A stretch of 64,000 nucleotides of DNA, taken from assembly GCA_965228875.1 (NCBI GenBank), contig OZ245843.1, positions 3,020,616 through 3,084,615 of the forward strand. Reading direction: 5' to 3'. Of this stretch, positions 18,929 through 29,288 are shown piece after piece. The notes under the pieces were generated by a model, which worked only from the letters and a program-made list of their open reading frames with translations, was not told the DNA's origin and searched no databases. Both the position numbers and the translations under genes were made by a program. Within the stretch, counting starts at the first letter, position 1. Every line of letters starts with the position of its first letter. The stretch comes from Thalassobaculaceae bacterium (GTDB taxonomy: Bacteria; Pseudomonadota; Alphaproteobacteria; Thalassobaculales; Thalassobaculaceae).

Positions 18929-21229
18929 ATGTCGTGCTGCTCCGCCTCGGCCTCGATGTCGGTGCCGGCCCATGCGCATCGCCCGGATCGCCAGGAGCTG
19001 CTGCAGGCCTCCCACGACCTCGGGGACGGGCTGGTCGCCACCCGTCTCGGCATTCCGGACGCCCATTGCGCCGGCTGCATCGCCGCGATCGAGGGGGCCC
19101 TGACCGCACTCGACGCGGTGGCCGACGCCCGGGTCAACCTGGCCGGCCGGTTCGTCACCGTGACGTGGCGGGCGGAGCACGTCGATCCGGACACCCTGTT
19201 CTCCGCGCTCGACGGCGCGGGATACCGGGCCGGCCTGATGGACGGGACGGAGAGCGGCCCGGACCCGATGCTCCGCCGCCTGCTGATCGCCCTGGCCGTG
19301 GCCGGATTCGCCGCCGGCAACGTCATGCTGCTGTCGGTCTCGATCTGGTCCGGGGCCGACGCGGCGACACGCGAACTGTTCCACTGGATCTCGGCGGCGA
19401 TCGCCCTGCCGGCGGTGGCGGTGGCCGGGCGGCCGTTCTTCGTGCCGGCGCTACACGCGCTGCGGGCCGGGCGGCTCAACATGGACGTGCCGATCTCGCT
19501 TGCCGTGGTGCTGGCGGTCGCGCTGTCGATGCACGAGACGCTGACGGGCGGCGCCCACGCGTATTTCGACGCCTCGGTGACGCTGCTGTTCTTTCTGCTG
19601 ATCGGCCGCACCCTGGACCACGTCATGCGGGCCCGCGCACGCTCGGCGCTTGACGCCCTGGACCGGACCACGCCGCGGGGCGCCGTGGTCGTGGCCGCCG
19701 ACGGGACCACCGCCTGGCAGCCGATCGCCGAGGTCGCGCCTGGCATGACCGTTCACGTGGCCGTCGGCGACCGGGTACCCGTGGACGGTACCGTCACGAG
19801 CGGCGCGGCCACGGTCGATCTCTCCATCGTCACCGGCGAGAGCGATCCCGTGCCGCTGCGCGCGGACGCGGACGTGGTCGCCGGCGCCCTGGTGCTCGAC
19901 GGTCCGCTCACCCTGACCGCGACCCGCGCCGGCTCGGCCTCGTTCCTGAGCGAGATGCGGACGATGCTGGAAGCGGCGGAGACCGCGCGTCCCGCGTTGA
20001 GCCGCCTGGCAGACCGGGCGGCGGCGATCTACGCGCCCGCCGTCCACCTGATCGCCGGTCTCACCTTCCTGGGCTGGTGGGTCGCCGGCGGCGGCCTGCA
20101 TCACGCGCTGACCACCGCCATCGCCGTGCTCATCATCACCTGCCCGTGCGCGCTGGGTCTGGCGGCGCCGATCGTCCAGGTCGTCGCCGCCGGCCGGCTT
20201 CTGCGCGACCGGATCCTGCTGCGCGACGGCGCCGCACTCGAGAGCCTCGCCACGGTCGACCGTGCGATCCTGGACAAGACCGGCACCCTGACGACGCCGA
20301 CCCTCGAGCGGGCCGCCATCGACCGGCTGCCCGAAGAGACGCTGGCGGTCACTGCGGCCCTGGCCCGGCAGAGCCGGCATCCGGTCGCCCGGGCGGTCGC
20401 CTCGGCGATCGACAGCGCCAGCGGGTCGATGCCCGCCGCCCTGGAGACCGTGCGCGAAGTCGCCGGCGCCGGCATCGAGGGACGTCGCGACGGCTCGACC
20501 TACCGCCTCGGCCGGGCCGACTGGGCGCTGTCGGCATCGGCGCTGGCCGACCTCCCGGATCCGCAGCGGAGCTGGCCGGTTCTGGCCGTCGACGGCGCGC
20601 TGGCGGCGGCGTTCGAGCTGGCCGACCGGCCCCGGCCCGGCAGCGGCGAGGCGGTGACCGCGCTCGTCGCCCTAGGATTGGCACCGATGCTGCTGTCCGG
20701 CGACGGCGACGCCCGTGTGGCCGACACCGCCGGGCGCCTGGGCCTGGCCGCCTGGGCCGCCCGTGCCACGCCGGCGACGAAGATCGCCGAGATCCGGCAC
20801 CTGCAGGCCGAGGGGCACCGTGTGCTGATGGTGGGCGACGGACTGAACGACGCGCCGGCGCTGGCCGCCGCCGACGTCTCCATGGCCCCCAGCACCGCCT
20901 CCGACGTCAGCCGGACCGCCGCAAGCCTGGTGTTCCTGAGCGAGGACATGGGCGCGATCCCGACGGCGATCGAGGTCGCCCGTCGGGCCCGGCGGCTGAT
21001 CCTGCAGAATTTCGGCCTGGCGGTCGTCTACAACTGCATCGCCGTTCCGCTCGCGGTCTCCGGCTATGCGACGCCGCTGGTGGCGGCCATCGCCATGTCT
21101 TCGTCGTCGGTTGTCGTGGTCGCCAACGCCCTGCGGCTGTCCTGGCACGCGCCCCGGACGTCGGCACGCGCCCCGATGCCGGCACCGGCGGATCCGACCC
21201 TCGCCCCTGCCCTCGGAGCGCGCGGATGA
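18929..21229 (+). CDS. ccoI: Cu-transporting P1B-type ATPase
   Basis: HMA CAGC, TGES, CPCALGLA, DKTGTLT, GDGLNDAPAL. Confidence 0.95.
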   Translation: MSCCSASASMSVPAHAHRPDRQELLQASHDLGDGLVATRLGIPDAHCAGCIAAIEGALTALDAVADARVNLAGRFVTVTWRAEHVDPDTLFSALDGAGYRAGLMDGTESGPDPMLRRLLIALAVAGFAAGNVMLLSVSIWSGADAATRELFHWISAAIALPAVAVAGRPFFVPALHALRAGRLNMDVPISLAVVLAVALSMHETLTGGAHAYFDASVTLLFFLLIGRTLDHVMRARARSALDALDRTTPRGAVVVAADGTTAWQPIAEVAPGMTVHVAVGDRVPVDGTVTSGAATVDLSIVTGESDPVPLRADADVVAGALVLDGPLTLTATRAGSASFLSEMRTMLEAAETARPALSRLADRAAAIYAPAVHLIAGLTFLGWWVAGGGLHHALTTAIAVLIITCPCALGLAAPIVQVVAAGRLLRDRILLRDGAALESLATVDRAILDKTGTLTTPTLERAAIDRLPEETLAVTAALARQSRHPVARAVASAIDSASGSMPAALETVREVAGAGIEGRRDGSTYRLGRADWALSASALADLPDPQRSWPVLAVDGALAAAFELADRPRPGSGEAVTALVALGLAPMLLSGDGDARVADTAGRLGLAAWAARATPATKIAEIRHLQAEGHRVLMVGDGLNDAPALAAADVSMAPSTASDVSRTAASLVFLSEDMGAIPTAIEVARRARRLILQNFGLAVVYNCIAVPLAVSGYATPLVAAIAMSSSSVVVVANALRLSWHAPRTSARAPMPAPADPTLAPALGARG

Positions 21230-21381
21230 CCATCCTGTCGATTCTGATCCCCGCGGCCCTGGCGCTCGGCCTGGTCGGCCTGCTGGCCTTCCTGTGGGCC
21301 CTGCGCTCCGGTCAGTTCGAGGACCTGGACGGCGCGGCCCAGCGCATTCTGCTGCCGGACGACGACAAGCCGAAAAAGTAG
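21226..21381 (+). CDS. ccoS: cbb3 oxidase maturation protein
   Basis: MTILSILIPAALALG...FLWALRSGQFEDLDGAAQRIL; ATGA overlap with ccoI. Confidence 0.93.
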   Translation: MTILSILIPAALALGLVGLLAFLWALRSGQFEDLDGAAQRILLPDDDKPKK

Positions 21382-21430
21382 CTGTCTGGGCCACCTCCCC
21401 GCCCCGTCCCGGGCAGAAGGCGGTGGCCGC

Positions 21431-21467
21431 AAGCCGGGATCTCCAAAAAGCCGGGGTCTCCAAAAAG
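21431..21467. repeat. 17-bp tandem duplication
   Basis: AAGCCGGGATCTCCAAA / AAGCCGGGGTCTCCAAA adjacent to the terminator U-tract. Confidence 0.8.
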
Positions 21468-21496
21468 AAACGGGGCCGATCCGAAGACCGGCCCCG
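21462..21496 (-). terminator. Intrinsic terminator of the ABC operon
   Basis: Minus strand CGGGGCCGGTC-TTCG-GATCGGCCCCG-TTTCTTTTT (cUUCGg loop). Confidence 0.88.
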
Positions 21497-21519
21497 CCCG
21501 TTTGTTCAGGTCCGAACGG

Positions 21520-23109
21520 TCACTTCAGCTCGAGGCTGAGGCCCTTGTAGAGGCCGGCACCGTAGATGCCGTGGGCCTCGACCGGCTTCATCTTCGGGCC
21601 GGCGGCGACGAACATCGGCTCGTGCACCACCGGGATCCAGACGGCGGCGTCGTGCACCTTCTTCTGGATCTTGCCGTAGGCGGCGGCACGGGCCGCGTCG
21701 TTCGGCGCGCCACGGCCTTCGAACAGCCACTTGTCGGTGTCGGCGTCGTCCCAGTTCATCCGGTTCGGGCTCGGCATGTTGGCCGACGGGAAGTACAGGT
21801 TCAGGGCGTCGCCGGCCGACACGTACGGATAGCTCATCGTGTACAGGTCGAAGTCCTGAGTCTTCAGCTTGCCCCAGATGACGGTCGCGTCGAACACCTC
21901 GACCTTGAGGTCCACGCCGACCTTGCGCAGGTCACCCTGGATCGCCTCGGTGATCTGACGCCAGATGTTGGCGAAGCTGTAGGCGACGAGTTCGAGCTTC
22001 TTGCCGTCCTTGTAGCGGAAGCCGTCGTCGCCCATCGTCCAGCCGGCCTCGTCGAGCAACTGGCCCGCCTTCTCCGGGTCAAAGCCGAAGATGCTCTCGT
22101 CGATGTCGGCATCGGCGTAGTCCAGGGTGCCCGGATGGATGTAGGCGAAGGCCGGCTCGGCCTTGCCGAAGAACGGACCCTCGGCCAGCGCCTTCTGATC
22201 GACCGCCAGGTTCAGAGCTTTGCGGATCGTGAGGTCGTCGACGATGTCGCGGGTGATCTTGAAACCGACGTAGTAGGTCCAGAAGTAGAACGGCGGCGAG
22301 GTGACCTCGATCTGCGGGTTGACCTGGAGCTGATCGATCGACCAGTACGGCAGGTATTGGGTCACGTCGCCCTGGCCGGTCTGGATGCCGGCGACCCGGT
22401 TGTTCTCCTCGGGCACGATCTTCCAGACCACCTTGTCGACCTTGGCCGGACCGGTGTTCTCATAGAAGGACGGACCCCAGGTGTAGGCCTCGTTCTTGGT
22501 CATCACCAGTTCGTTGCGCGGCTCCCAGCTGTCGAAGCAGTACGGGCCGGTGCCGTCGAAGCCCTTGACGCCGAAATCGTCGCCGAGCTCGTTGACCTGG
22601 TCGATGTTGATGATCGTGTGGAAGTGCTGGGTCATCTGGTACAGCAGTTCCGAATACGGCTGCTCCAGCTCGTACTCGAGCACATAGTCGCTGACCGCGC
22701 GGATCTCCTTGACGTCGCCGGCGCGGTTCTTGACCACGCCCTTGTCCAGGCCGAGCCAGCGGTCGATCGTCGCCTTGACGTCGGCGGCGGTAAACTTCTT
22801 GCCCGAGCAGAAGGTCACGTCGTCGCGCAGCTGGAAGGTGTAGAGCTTGCCGTCGTCGGAAACCTCCCACGACTTCGCCAGCAGCGGATGGATGGTCTTC
22901 ATGTCCGGGCCGAGGGCGACGAGCGTGTCGCCGACCATGAACATGATCTCCGCCGTCGAACGGGCGGTCGAGATATGCGGATCGTATCGGTCGGTGTCGA
23001 TCGAACGCAGGACGCTGACGGAAGAGTCAGCGATCGCCGCGGTCGAGAGCGGCACGGCGGCGGCGAGCGCGAACGCTCCCGCCGTCAGCCACCTGGTTGC
23101 GTGTCCCAT
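21520..23109 (-). CDS. ABC transporter substrate-binding protein, family 5 (peptide/nickel type)
   Basis: Signal peptide; PLLAKSWEVSDDGKLYTFQLRDDVTF, TAADVK, GTGPY. Confidence 0.92.
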   Translation of the reverse strand: MGHATRWLTAGAFALAAAVPLSTAAIADSSVSVLRSIDTDRYDPHISTARSTAEIMFMVGDTLVALGPDMKTIHPLLAKSWEVSDDGKLYTFQLRDDVTFCSGKKFTAADVKATIDRWLGLDKGVVKNRAGDVKEIRAVSDYVLEYELEQPYSELLYQMTQHFHTIINIDQVNELGDDFGVKGFDGTGPYCFDSWEPRNELVMTKNEAYTWGPSFYENTGPAKVDKVVWKIVPEENNRVAGIQTGQGDVTQYLPYWSIDQLQVNPQIEVTSPPFYFWTYYVGFKITRDIVDDLTIRKALNLAVDQKALAEGPFFGKAEPAFAYIHPGTLDYADADIDESIFGFDPEKAGQLLDEAGWTMGDDGFRYKDGKKLELVAYSFANIWRQITEAIQGDLRKVGVDLKVEVFDATVIWGKLKTQDFDLYTMSYPYVSAGDALNLYFPSANMPSPNRMNWDDADTDKWLFEGRGAPNDAARAAAYGKIQKKVHDAAVWIPVVHEPMFVAAGPKMKPVEAHGIYGAGLYKGLSLELK

Positions 23110-23186
23110 GGTTAGGCCTCCTGGGGTGTTCCGGGGCGCCGCCTGCGCCCCGCTCGGTGTTCCTGCGTCATCCCACCCCCTTGGGA

Positions 23187-24110
23187 TTACTGGCGCAGGC
23201 GTGGATCGAGAACGTCCCGCAGCGCATCGCCGAGGACATTGAAGGCGAGCACGATCAGGAAGATCACCAGGCTCGGGATCGTCGAGACGTGCGGTGCGAA
23301 GAACAGGAAGTTGCGCCCCTCGGCCGCCATGGTGCCGAGTTCCGCGGTCGGCGGCTGGGCGCCGAGACCGATGAAGCTGAGCGCCGCACCGAGGAGGATC
23401 GTCTGGCCGAGCTGCAGGGTCAGGTAGACGAAGATGGTCGACGCGCAGTTCGGCAGCAGGTGGCGCCAGATGATGCGCATGTCGCTCATGCCGATGGCGC
23501 GGCATGCCGTGATGTACTCCATCTGCATCTGCACCAGCGCCGCGCCGCGGGTGATGCGGGCGATGGTCGGCACGGCGGCCACGGTCAGCGCGATGGTGAT
23601 GGCGAAGATGCCGGCGCCAAGGACGGCGGCGATGGCGAGGCCGAACAGGATCGACGGGAACGACAGCAGAATGTCGACCAACCGCATGATCGGCCCTTCG
23701 AGCCGCCGGAAGTAGGCGGCGACCAGCCCGAGCGAGGCGCCGATGATCCCGCCGGCCAACACCGCGAGCAGCCCCATGATCAGGGTCGTGCGGGTGCCGT
23801 AGAGCAGGCGGGTCACGATGTCCCGCCCCTGACCGTCGGTGCCGAGCAGGTGTTCCGGCAGCCCCCCCTCGGTCCATGACGGCGGTTTCAACATGTTGCG
23901 GAGGTTGTTGTCGTAGGGGTCGTGCGGCGCCAGCACCGGGGCGAAGATCGCGCAGAACACGATGACCGCCAGCACCGCGGCCGACAGCATCGCTCCCTTG
24001 TCCCGGGACAGTCTGCGCAGCATCGAGCTGCGGGCCATGACGGTTGCGGCGTCGGGTTCGGCCGCGGCCGGTGAGGCGGCGGAGCCGCTTTGCATCTGCA
24101 TCTCGGTCAT
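23187..24110 (-). CDS. ABC permease (DppC-like)
   Basis: LLGTDGQGRD, EYITACRAIGMS..RIIWRHLLPN, FNVLGDALRDVLDPR. Confidence 0.93.
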   Translation of the reverse strand: MTEMQMQSGSAASPAAAEPDAATVMARSSMLRRLSRDKGAMLSAAVLAVIVFCAIFAPVLAPHDPYDNNLRNMLKPPSWTEGGLPEHLLGTDGQGRDIVTRLLYGTRTTLIMGLLAVLAGGIIGASLGLVAAYFRRLEGPIMRLVDILLSFPSILFGLAIAAVLGAGIFAITIALTVAAVPTIARITRGAALVQMQMEYITACRAIGMSDMRIIWRHLLPNCASTIFVYLTLQLGQTILLGAALSFIGLGAQPPTAELGTMAAEGRNFLFFAPHVSTIPSLVIFLIVLAFNVLGDALRDVLDPRLRQ

Positions 24111-25048
24111 CCCGCCCTCACGCGCGGATCCAGGAACGCGTAGAGCACGTCCACGATCAGGTTCACCAGAATGAAGGACAGGGCGAGCACCAGGATGGCG
24201 CCCTGGCTGAGCGCGTAGTCGGCCGACACGATCGCACCGACCGCAAGGCGGCCGACGCCCGGCCAGGCGAACATGGATTCGGTCACCACGGCGCCGCCGA
24301 GCAGGAAGCCGATCTGCAGGCCGATCAGCGTCACCACGGGGATCAGCGAGTTCCGCAGGGCATGGGTCAGCACCACCGTCCGCTCGCTCACACCCTTAGC
24401 GCGGGCCGTGCGGACGAAATCGCTGCTCAACACCTCCAGCAGGGAGGTCCGGGTCATGCGCGCCACCGGACCGATGAAGATGCCGCCAAGTGTGATCGCC
24501 GGCAGGGCGATATGGCGCAGCCCCTCCAGCGTCCACAGCGGTCCGGCCCGCCCCTGGAACGGCAGCAGTTGCCAGTGGAAGCCCACGTACTGGATCAGCA
24601 TGAGACCGAACCAGAAGATCGGCATCGACACCCCGGCGACCGAGGCGGCCATGATGAGGCGGTCGGAGACCTTGCCGCGGCGCACGGCGGCCAGCGTTCC
24701 GAAGGCGATTCCCAGCGGAACCGCCCAGATCAGGCTGGCAAACATCAGCTCGACCGTCGGCCCGACGGTGTTGCCGAGTTCGACGATGACCTCGGTGTTG
24801 GAGATCAGGGATCGGCCGAGATCACCTTGCAGAACGCGGCCGAGATACATCGCGAACTGCATGAGGATCGGTTCGTTCAGGCCCATGGCCTCGCGGATCG
24901 CCTCCACATCGGCGGCGCTCGCGGTCGGCCCGGCAAGAACGGTTGCGGGATCGGTCGGGACAACCTGCATCAGCAGGAAGCCAATGAAAAGGACGCCGAT
25001 CAGGACCGGGATCGAGATCAGCAGACGGTGGGCAACATGGTGCAGCAC
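24107..25048 (-). CDS. ABC permease (DppB-like)
   Basis: QGDLGRS, DFVRTARAKG, HALRN, VTESMFAWPGVG, DVLYAFLDPRV; GTG start after GGAG. Confidence 0.92.
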   Translation of the reverse strand: MLHHVAHRLLISIPVLIGVLFIGFLLMQVVPTDPATVLAGPTASAADVEAIREAMGLNEPILMQFAMYLGRVLQGDLGRSLISNTEVIVELGNTVGPTVELMFASLIWAVPLGIAFGTLAAVRRGKVSDRLIMAASVAGVSMPIFWFGLMLIQYVGFHWQLLPFQGRAGPLWTLEGLRHIALPAITLGGIFIGPVARMTRTSLLEVLSSDFVRTARAKGVSERTVVLTHALRNSLIPVVTLIGLQIGFLLGGAVVTESMFAWPGVGRLAVGAIVSADYALSQGAILVLALSFILVNLIVDVLYAFLDPRVRAG

Positions 25049-25090
25049 CGTGAGGGCACTCCTCACGAAGGGGGACAGGACGGTTCGCCT

Positions 25091-25107
25091 TACAACGACC
25101 GTGCCAA
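25091..25107 (-). promoter_or_regulatory. Putative sigma-54 (-24/-12) promoter
   Basis: Minus strand TTGGCAC-GGTCG-TTGTA; one mismatch to TGGCAC-N5-TTGC. Confidence 0.55.
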
Positions 25108-25259
25108 GCGTGGCACGCACAGCCGGATATGCGCTAGCCCTTGATTTCTATTTAGGCAGCCAGGGTCGGCAGCCGGCTCACCACCGGCAATTTGCCTGTT
25201 AATGAGGCAATTCGCGCACCAATTGCCGATCAATCAGGCGGCAATCGACGCCGTCCGGC

Positions 25260-25739
25260 TCACTCCCGAGGCTCGGTGCCGCCGGGCACCACCCGTCGGA
25301 CCTTCAGGGTCGTGCCGACCACCTCGATCACTTCGGCGCTCGCCCCGACCTCCAGGTCCTCGTCGCAGGCGATTCGCCAGCGCGAGTCGCCGACCCGTGC
25401 CGCGCCATGACCGTTGACGACGGCCTCCGTCACCCCGACCCGCTCGCCGACCAGGGACTGACCGCGCTGGTTCAGGCCGCGCGCCGCCTCCTGGTCGCCC
25501 CGCTGCCAGCGCCGGATATAGATCCGCACCGGGATGTAGGAGAGCACGGCGAAGCAGCCGTACAGGCCGATCTGATAGGCGGTCGGCAGATCGAAGAGAA
25601 ACAGGGTCGCGCCCGTCGCCACGCCGGCGAGGCCGAACCAGAGGAAGAAGGTCTCCGGCAGGACGATCTCCAGCGCCATCAGCACGAAGCCGAGCGTAAC
25701 CCAGTGCCAGGCCTCGGGCCGAATGACCAGGAGATCCAT
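25260..25739 (-). CDS. NfeD-family (YbbJ-like) membrane protein
   Basis: W..LG..LMALEIVLP..FFLWFG; LNQRG.SLVG; RVGDSRW; follows the SPFH gene. Confidence 0.9.
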   Translation of the reverse strand: MDLLVIRPEAWHWVTLGFVLMALEIVLPETFFLWFGLAGVATGATLFLFDLPTAYQIGLYGCFAVLSYIPVRIYIRRWQRGDQEAARGLNQRGQSLVGERVGVTEAVVNGHGAARVGDSRWRIACDEDLEVGASAEVIEVVGTTLKVRRVVPGGTEPRE

Positions 25740-25750
25740 GGCCGCCTCCC

Positions 25751-26722
25751 TCAGCTCCGACGACCCGGCGCCGCCGCAGGCGGCGTCTCCTCGCCGGAGA
25801 TGCTGCCGAGCAGGTCCTTGATTCCGCCGATCGAGCCGAGGATCGAGGTCGCCTCCAGCGGCAGGAAGATCGTCTTCTGATTCGGCGAGTCCGCGAAGGC
25901 CGACAGCGCCTCGACGTATTTCTGGGCGACGAAGTAGTTGATCGCCTTGCTCCCGGTCGATCCGATCGCCTCGGCGACCATCCGCGTGGCCTCGGCCTCG
26001 GCGCTGGCGAGACGCTCGCGCGCCTCGGCCTGGCGCTGGGCGGCCACCAGTTCACCCTCGGCCTTGAGAATCTCCGACTGCTTGTCGCCCTCGGCCCGCT
26101 GGATCGCCGCTGCCCGGTAGCCCTCGGCCTCCAGGATCTGCGCCCGCCTCTCGCGCTCCGCCTTCATCTGACTGGCCATGGCGTCGAGCAGATCCTTGGG
26201 CGGCGCGATGTCCTTGATCTCGACGCGGGTGATCTTTGCGCCCCACGGGTCGGTCGCCTCGTCCATGACCCGCAGGATGCGGCTGTTCATCTCGTCGCGC
26301 GACGACAGGGCGGCGTCCAGGTCGGTGCTGCCGAGCACCGAGCGGATGTTGGTGAGCGCCAGATTGATCACCGCCTGCTCGAGATGGCGGACCTCGTAGG
26401 CGGCCCGGCGGGCGTCGATCACCTGATAGAAGACGATGGCGTCGACCGTGCAGGAGGCGTTGTCCTGGGTGATGACGTCCTGCTCGGGAATGTCGAGCAC
26501 GTTCTCCATCATGTTGACCTTCTTGCCGACCCGGCTGAAGAGCGGATTGATGAGCCCCAGCCCCGGTTCCAGCGTGCGCACGTATCGCCCGAAACGCTCG
26601 ACCGTCCACTGTTCGCCCTGGGGCACGACACGAACGCCTTTGACGACAAGGAAAATCAGGACGATGCCCAGCAGGATCACGGCGATCTGCCCGCCGGAGA
26701 TCAGATCCATCATCGGTGCCAT
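25751..26722 (-). CDS. SPFH/band 7 protein (QmcA/YbbK-like)
   Basis: TVERFGRY, QDVITQDNA, DEATDPWGAKITRVEIKDI, QMKAERERRA. Confidence 0.93.
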   Translation of the reverse strand: MAPMMDLISGGQIAVILLGIVLIFLVVKGVRVVPQGEQWTVERFGRYVRTLEPGLGLINPLFSRVGKKVNMMENVLDIPEQDVITQDNASCTVDAIVFYQVIDARRAAYEVRHLEQAVINLALTNIRSVLGSTDLDAALSSRDEMNSRILRVMDEATDPWGAKITRVEIKDIAPPKDLLDAMASQMKAERERRAQILEAEGYRAAAIQRAEGDKQSEILKAEGELVAAQRQAEARERLASAEAEATRMVAEAIGSTGSKAINYFVAQKYVEALSAFADSPNQKTIFLPLEATSILGSIGGIKDLLGSISGEETPPAAAPGRRS

Positions 26723-26891
26723 CTACCTCTCGCTTTTCAGTTGCCCGCGCCCGCGTCGCATTCCGGAGCCCTCGGCGCCACCATGACATGCAAAGAAAAC
26801 GAGGCCCACCTAAAGTAGATGGGCCCCGCGAAGAGCAACCGCAATCGGGGTCGGCCGCAAAAGCCCGGCCGACCGTGTAGCGGCCGATCCC

Positions 26892-29066
26892 TCAGCCGGC
26901 GGCGCCGGCCTTCTTCTCGATGCGGCGACGGTGCAGGACAGGCTCGGTGTAGCCGCTCGGCTGCTCGCGCCCCTTGAACACCAGGTCGCAGGCCGCCTGG
27001 AAGGCGACGCTGCCGTCGAAATCGGCGGCCATCGCGCGGTAGGCGGGATCGCCGGCGTTCTGACCGTCGACTACCGCGGCCATCCGCTTCATGGTCTCCA
27101 TCACCTGATCTTCGCTGCACACGCCATGGTGCAGCCAGTTGGCGATGTGCTGACTGGAGATCCTCAGCGTCGCGCGGTCCTCCATCAGGCCGACATCGTT
27201 GATGTCCGGCACCTTGGAGCAGCCCACGCCCTGATCGACCCAGCGCACCACGTAGCCGAGGATGCCCTGGGCGTTGTTGTCGAGTTCGGCCTGGATGTCC
27301 TGCGGCGACCAGTTCGGCCGGGCCGCGACCGGCACGGTCAGGATGTCGTCCAGGCTGGCCCGGCCGCGCGACCGCAGTTCGTCCTGCCGCGCCTTCACGT
27401 CGACCGTGTGGTAGTGGGTCGCGTGCAGGGTCGCGGCGGTCGGCGACGGGACCCAGGCGGTGTTGGCGCCGGCCTTGGGGTGGCCGATCTTCTGCTCCAG
27501 CATGGCTTCCATCAGGTCGGGCATGGCCCACATGCCCTTGCCGATCTGCGCCTTGCCGGGCAGGCCGCACTCCAGCCCGATATCGACGTTCCAGTTCTCG
27601 TAGGCGGCGATCCAGGCCGACGCCTTCATGTCGCCCTTGCGGATCATCGGGCCGGCTTCCATGGAGGTGTGGATCTCGTCGCCGGTACGGTCGAGGAACC
27701 CGGTATTGATGAAGGCGACCCGGCTCTTGGCGGCGCGGATGCACTCCTTGAGGTTGACGGTCGTGCGCCGCTCCTCGTCCATGATGCCCATCTTCAGGGT
27801 GTTCGGCGCCATTGCGAGCACCTGTTCGACCCGCCCGAACAGCTCGTCGGCGAACGCCACTTCCTCGGGACCGTGCATCTTCGGCTTCACGATGTAGACC
27901 GAGCCGGCGCGGGAGTTGCGCAGCCCGCCGTCAGCCTTGAGGTCGTGCAGGGCGATGGCGCCGGTGAACAGGGCGTCGAGAATGCCCTCGGGCACCTCGT
28001 TGCCGTCGCCGTCCAGCACCGCCGGGTTGGTCATCAGGTGGCCGACATTCCGCACCAGCATCAGCGAGCGGCCGTGCAAGGTGAGGGTCGAGCCGTCCGG
28101 GGCGGTGTAGGTCCGGTCCGGGTTCAGCTTGCGCTCCACCGTCCTGCCGCCCTTCTCGAAGCGCTCCACCAGGTCGCCCTTCATCAGACCGAGCCAGTTG
28201 CGGTAGGCGAGCACCTTGTCCGGTGCATCGACGGCGGCGACCGAGTCCTCGCAGTCCATGATCGTGCTGACCGCGGATTCGAGAATCACGTCGGCGACGC
28301 CGGCCGCGTCGGTCTTGCCGATCGGATGGGTCTTGTCGATGACGATCTCGGCGTGCAGCCCGTTGCGCGCCAGCAGGACACCGCTCGGCGCGGCGGCATC
28401 GCCCGAATAGCCGACGAACTGCGCCGGATCCTTCAGACCCGTGCTTCCCGACGCGGTGCTCACGACCAGCTTGCCGCCCTCGACCGCGTAGCCGGTGGCG
28501 TCGGCATGGCTGCCCGAAGCGAGCGGCGCGGAGCCGTCGAGAAAATCGCGCGCCCAGGCGATGACCTTCGCGCCGCGCGCCGGGTTATAGCCGCCGGAGC
28601 GCTCGGCCCCACCTTCTTCGGACACCGCGTCGGTGCCGTAGAGCGCGTCGTACAGGCTGCCCCAGCGGGCATTGGCGGCGTTCAGCGCGTAGCGGGCGTT
28701 CATCACCGGCACGACGAGCTGCGGGCCGGCGATGGTGGCGAACTCCGCGTCGACATTCGTCGTGTCGATCGTGAAGTCGGCCCCTTCCTCGACCAGATAG
28801 CCGATCTCCTTCAGGAACGCCTTGTATCCGTCCAGATCGCTGATCGGACCGGGGTTGGCCTTGTGCCAGGCGTCGATCCGGGCCTGGATCTCGTCGCGTT
28901 TCGCCAGGAGGGCGGCGTTCTTCGGGGCGAGATCGCGGACAATGGCACCGAGCCCGTCCCAGAACGCGGCAGGCTCGACCCCGGTCCCGGGAAGAGCTTC
29001 TGTATTCGCGAAGTCATACAGCGCCTTCGCCACCCGCAATCCCGCGATCTCCACCCGTTCCGTCAT
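26892..29066 (-). CDS. glcB: Malate synthase G
   Basis: [62 protein letters not shown]. Confidence 0.98.
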   Translation of the reverse strand: MTERVEIAGLRVAKALYDFANTEALPGTGVEPAAFWDGLGAIVRDLAPKNAALLAKRDEIQARIDAWHKANPGPISDLDGYKAFLKEIGYLVEEGADFTIDTTNVDAEFATIAGPQLVVPVMNARYALNAANARWGSLYDALYGTDAVSEEGGAERSGGYNPARGAKVIAWARDFLDGSAPLASGSHADATGYAVEGGKLVVSTASGSTGLKDPAQFVGYSGDAAAPSGVLLARNGLHAEIVIDKTHPIGKTDAAGVADVILESAVSTIMDCEDSVAAVDAPDKVLAYRNWLGLMKGDLVERFEKGGRTVERKLNPDRTYTAPDGSTLTLHGRSLMLVRNVGHLMTNPAVLDGDGNEVPEGILDALFTGAIALHDLKADGGLRNSRAGSVYIVKPKMHGPEEVAFADELFGRVEQVLAMAPNTLKMGIMDEERRTTVNLKECIRAAKSRVAFINTGFLDRTGDEIHTSMEAGPMIRKGDMKASAWIAAYENWNVDIGLECGLPGKAQIGKGMWAMPDLMEAMLEQKIGHPKAGANTAWVPSPTAATLHATHYHTVDVKARQDELRSRGRASLDDILTVPVAARPNWSPQDIQAELDNNAQGILGYVVRWVDQGVGCSKVPDINDVGLMEDRATLRISSQHIANWLHHGVCSEDQVMETMKRMAAVVDGQNAGDPAYRAMAADFDGSVAFQAACDLVFKGREQPSGYTEPVLHRRRIEKKAGAAG

Positions 29067-29288
29067 CCGTTTTCTCCCCGTGTGATTTTGAATCGGTCAA
29101 AAAAAGACTGGCGCTATAAACAAGATGGTTTCCCGGGGATCAAGGGAAACCTATGCTTGGTCAGATGTCCGCGCGGCGTGAATGACGGGCGATTTGGACC
29201 CGGCTCGTGATGCTCCGAGTGACCGCACGCAGGAGCGTCGGGAAACACGATCGCCGTAGATGAGAGGGACAAAACTCTCCGAGGCACC

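Noticed and set aside
18929..21229. Cu ATPase as dedicated copper donor to the ethylene-binding kinase (RAN1 analogue)
   Set aside because: It is the standard ccoI within ccoGHIS; nothing in the sequence links it to the kinase.
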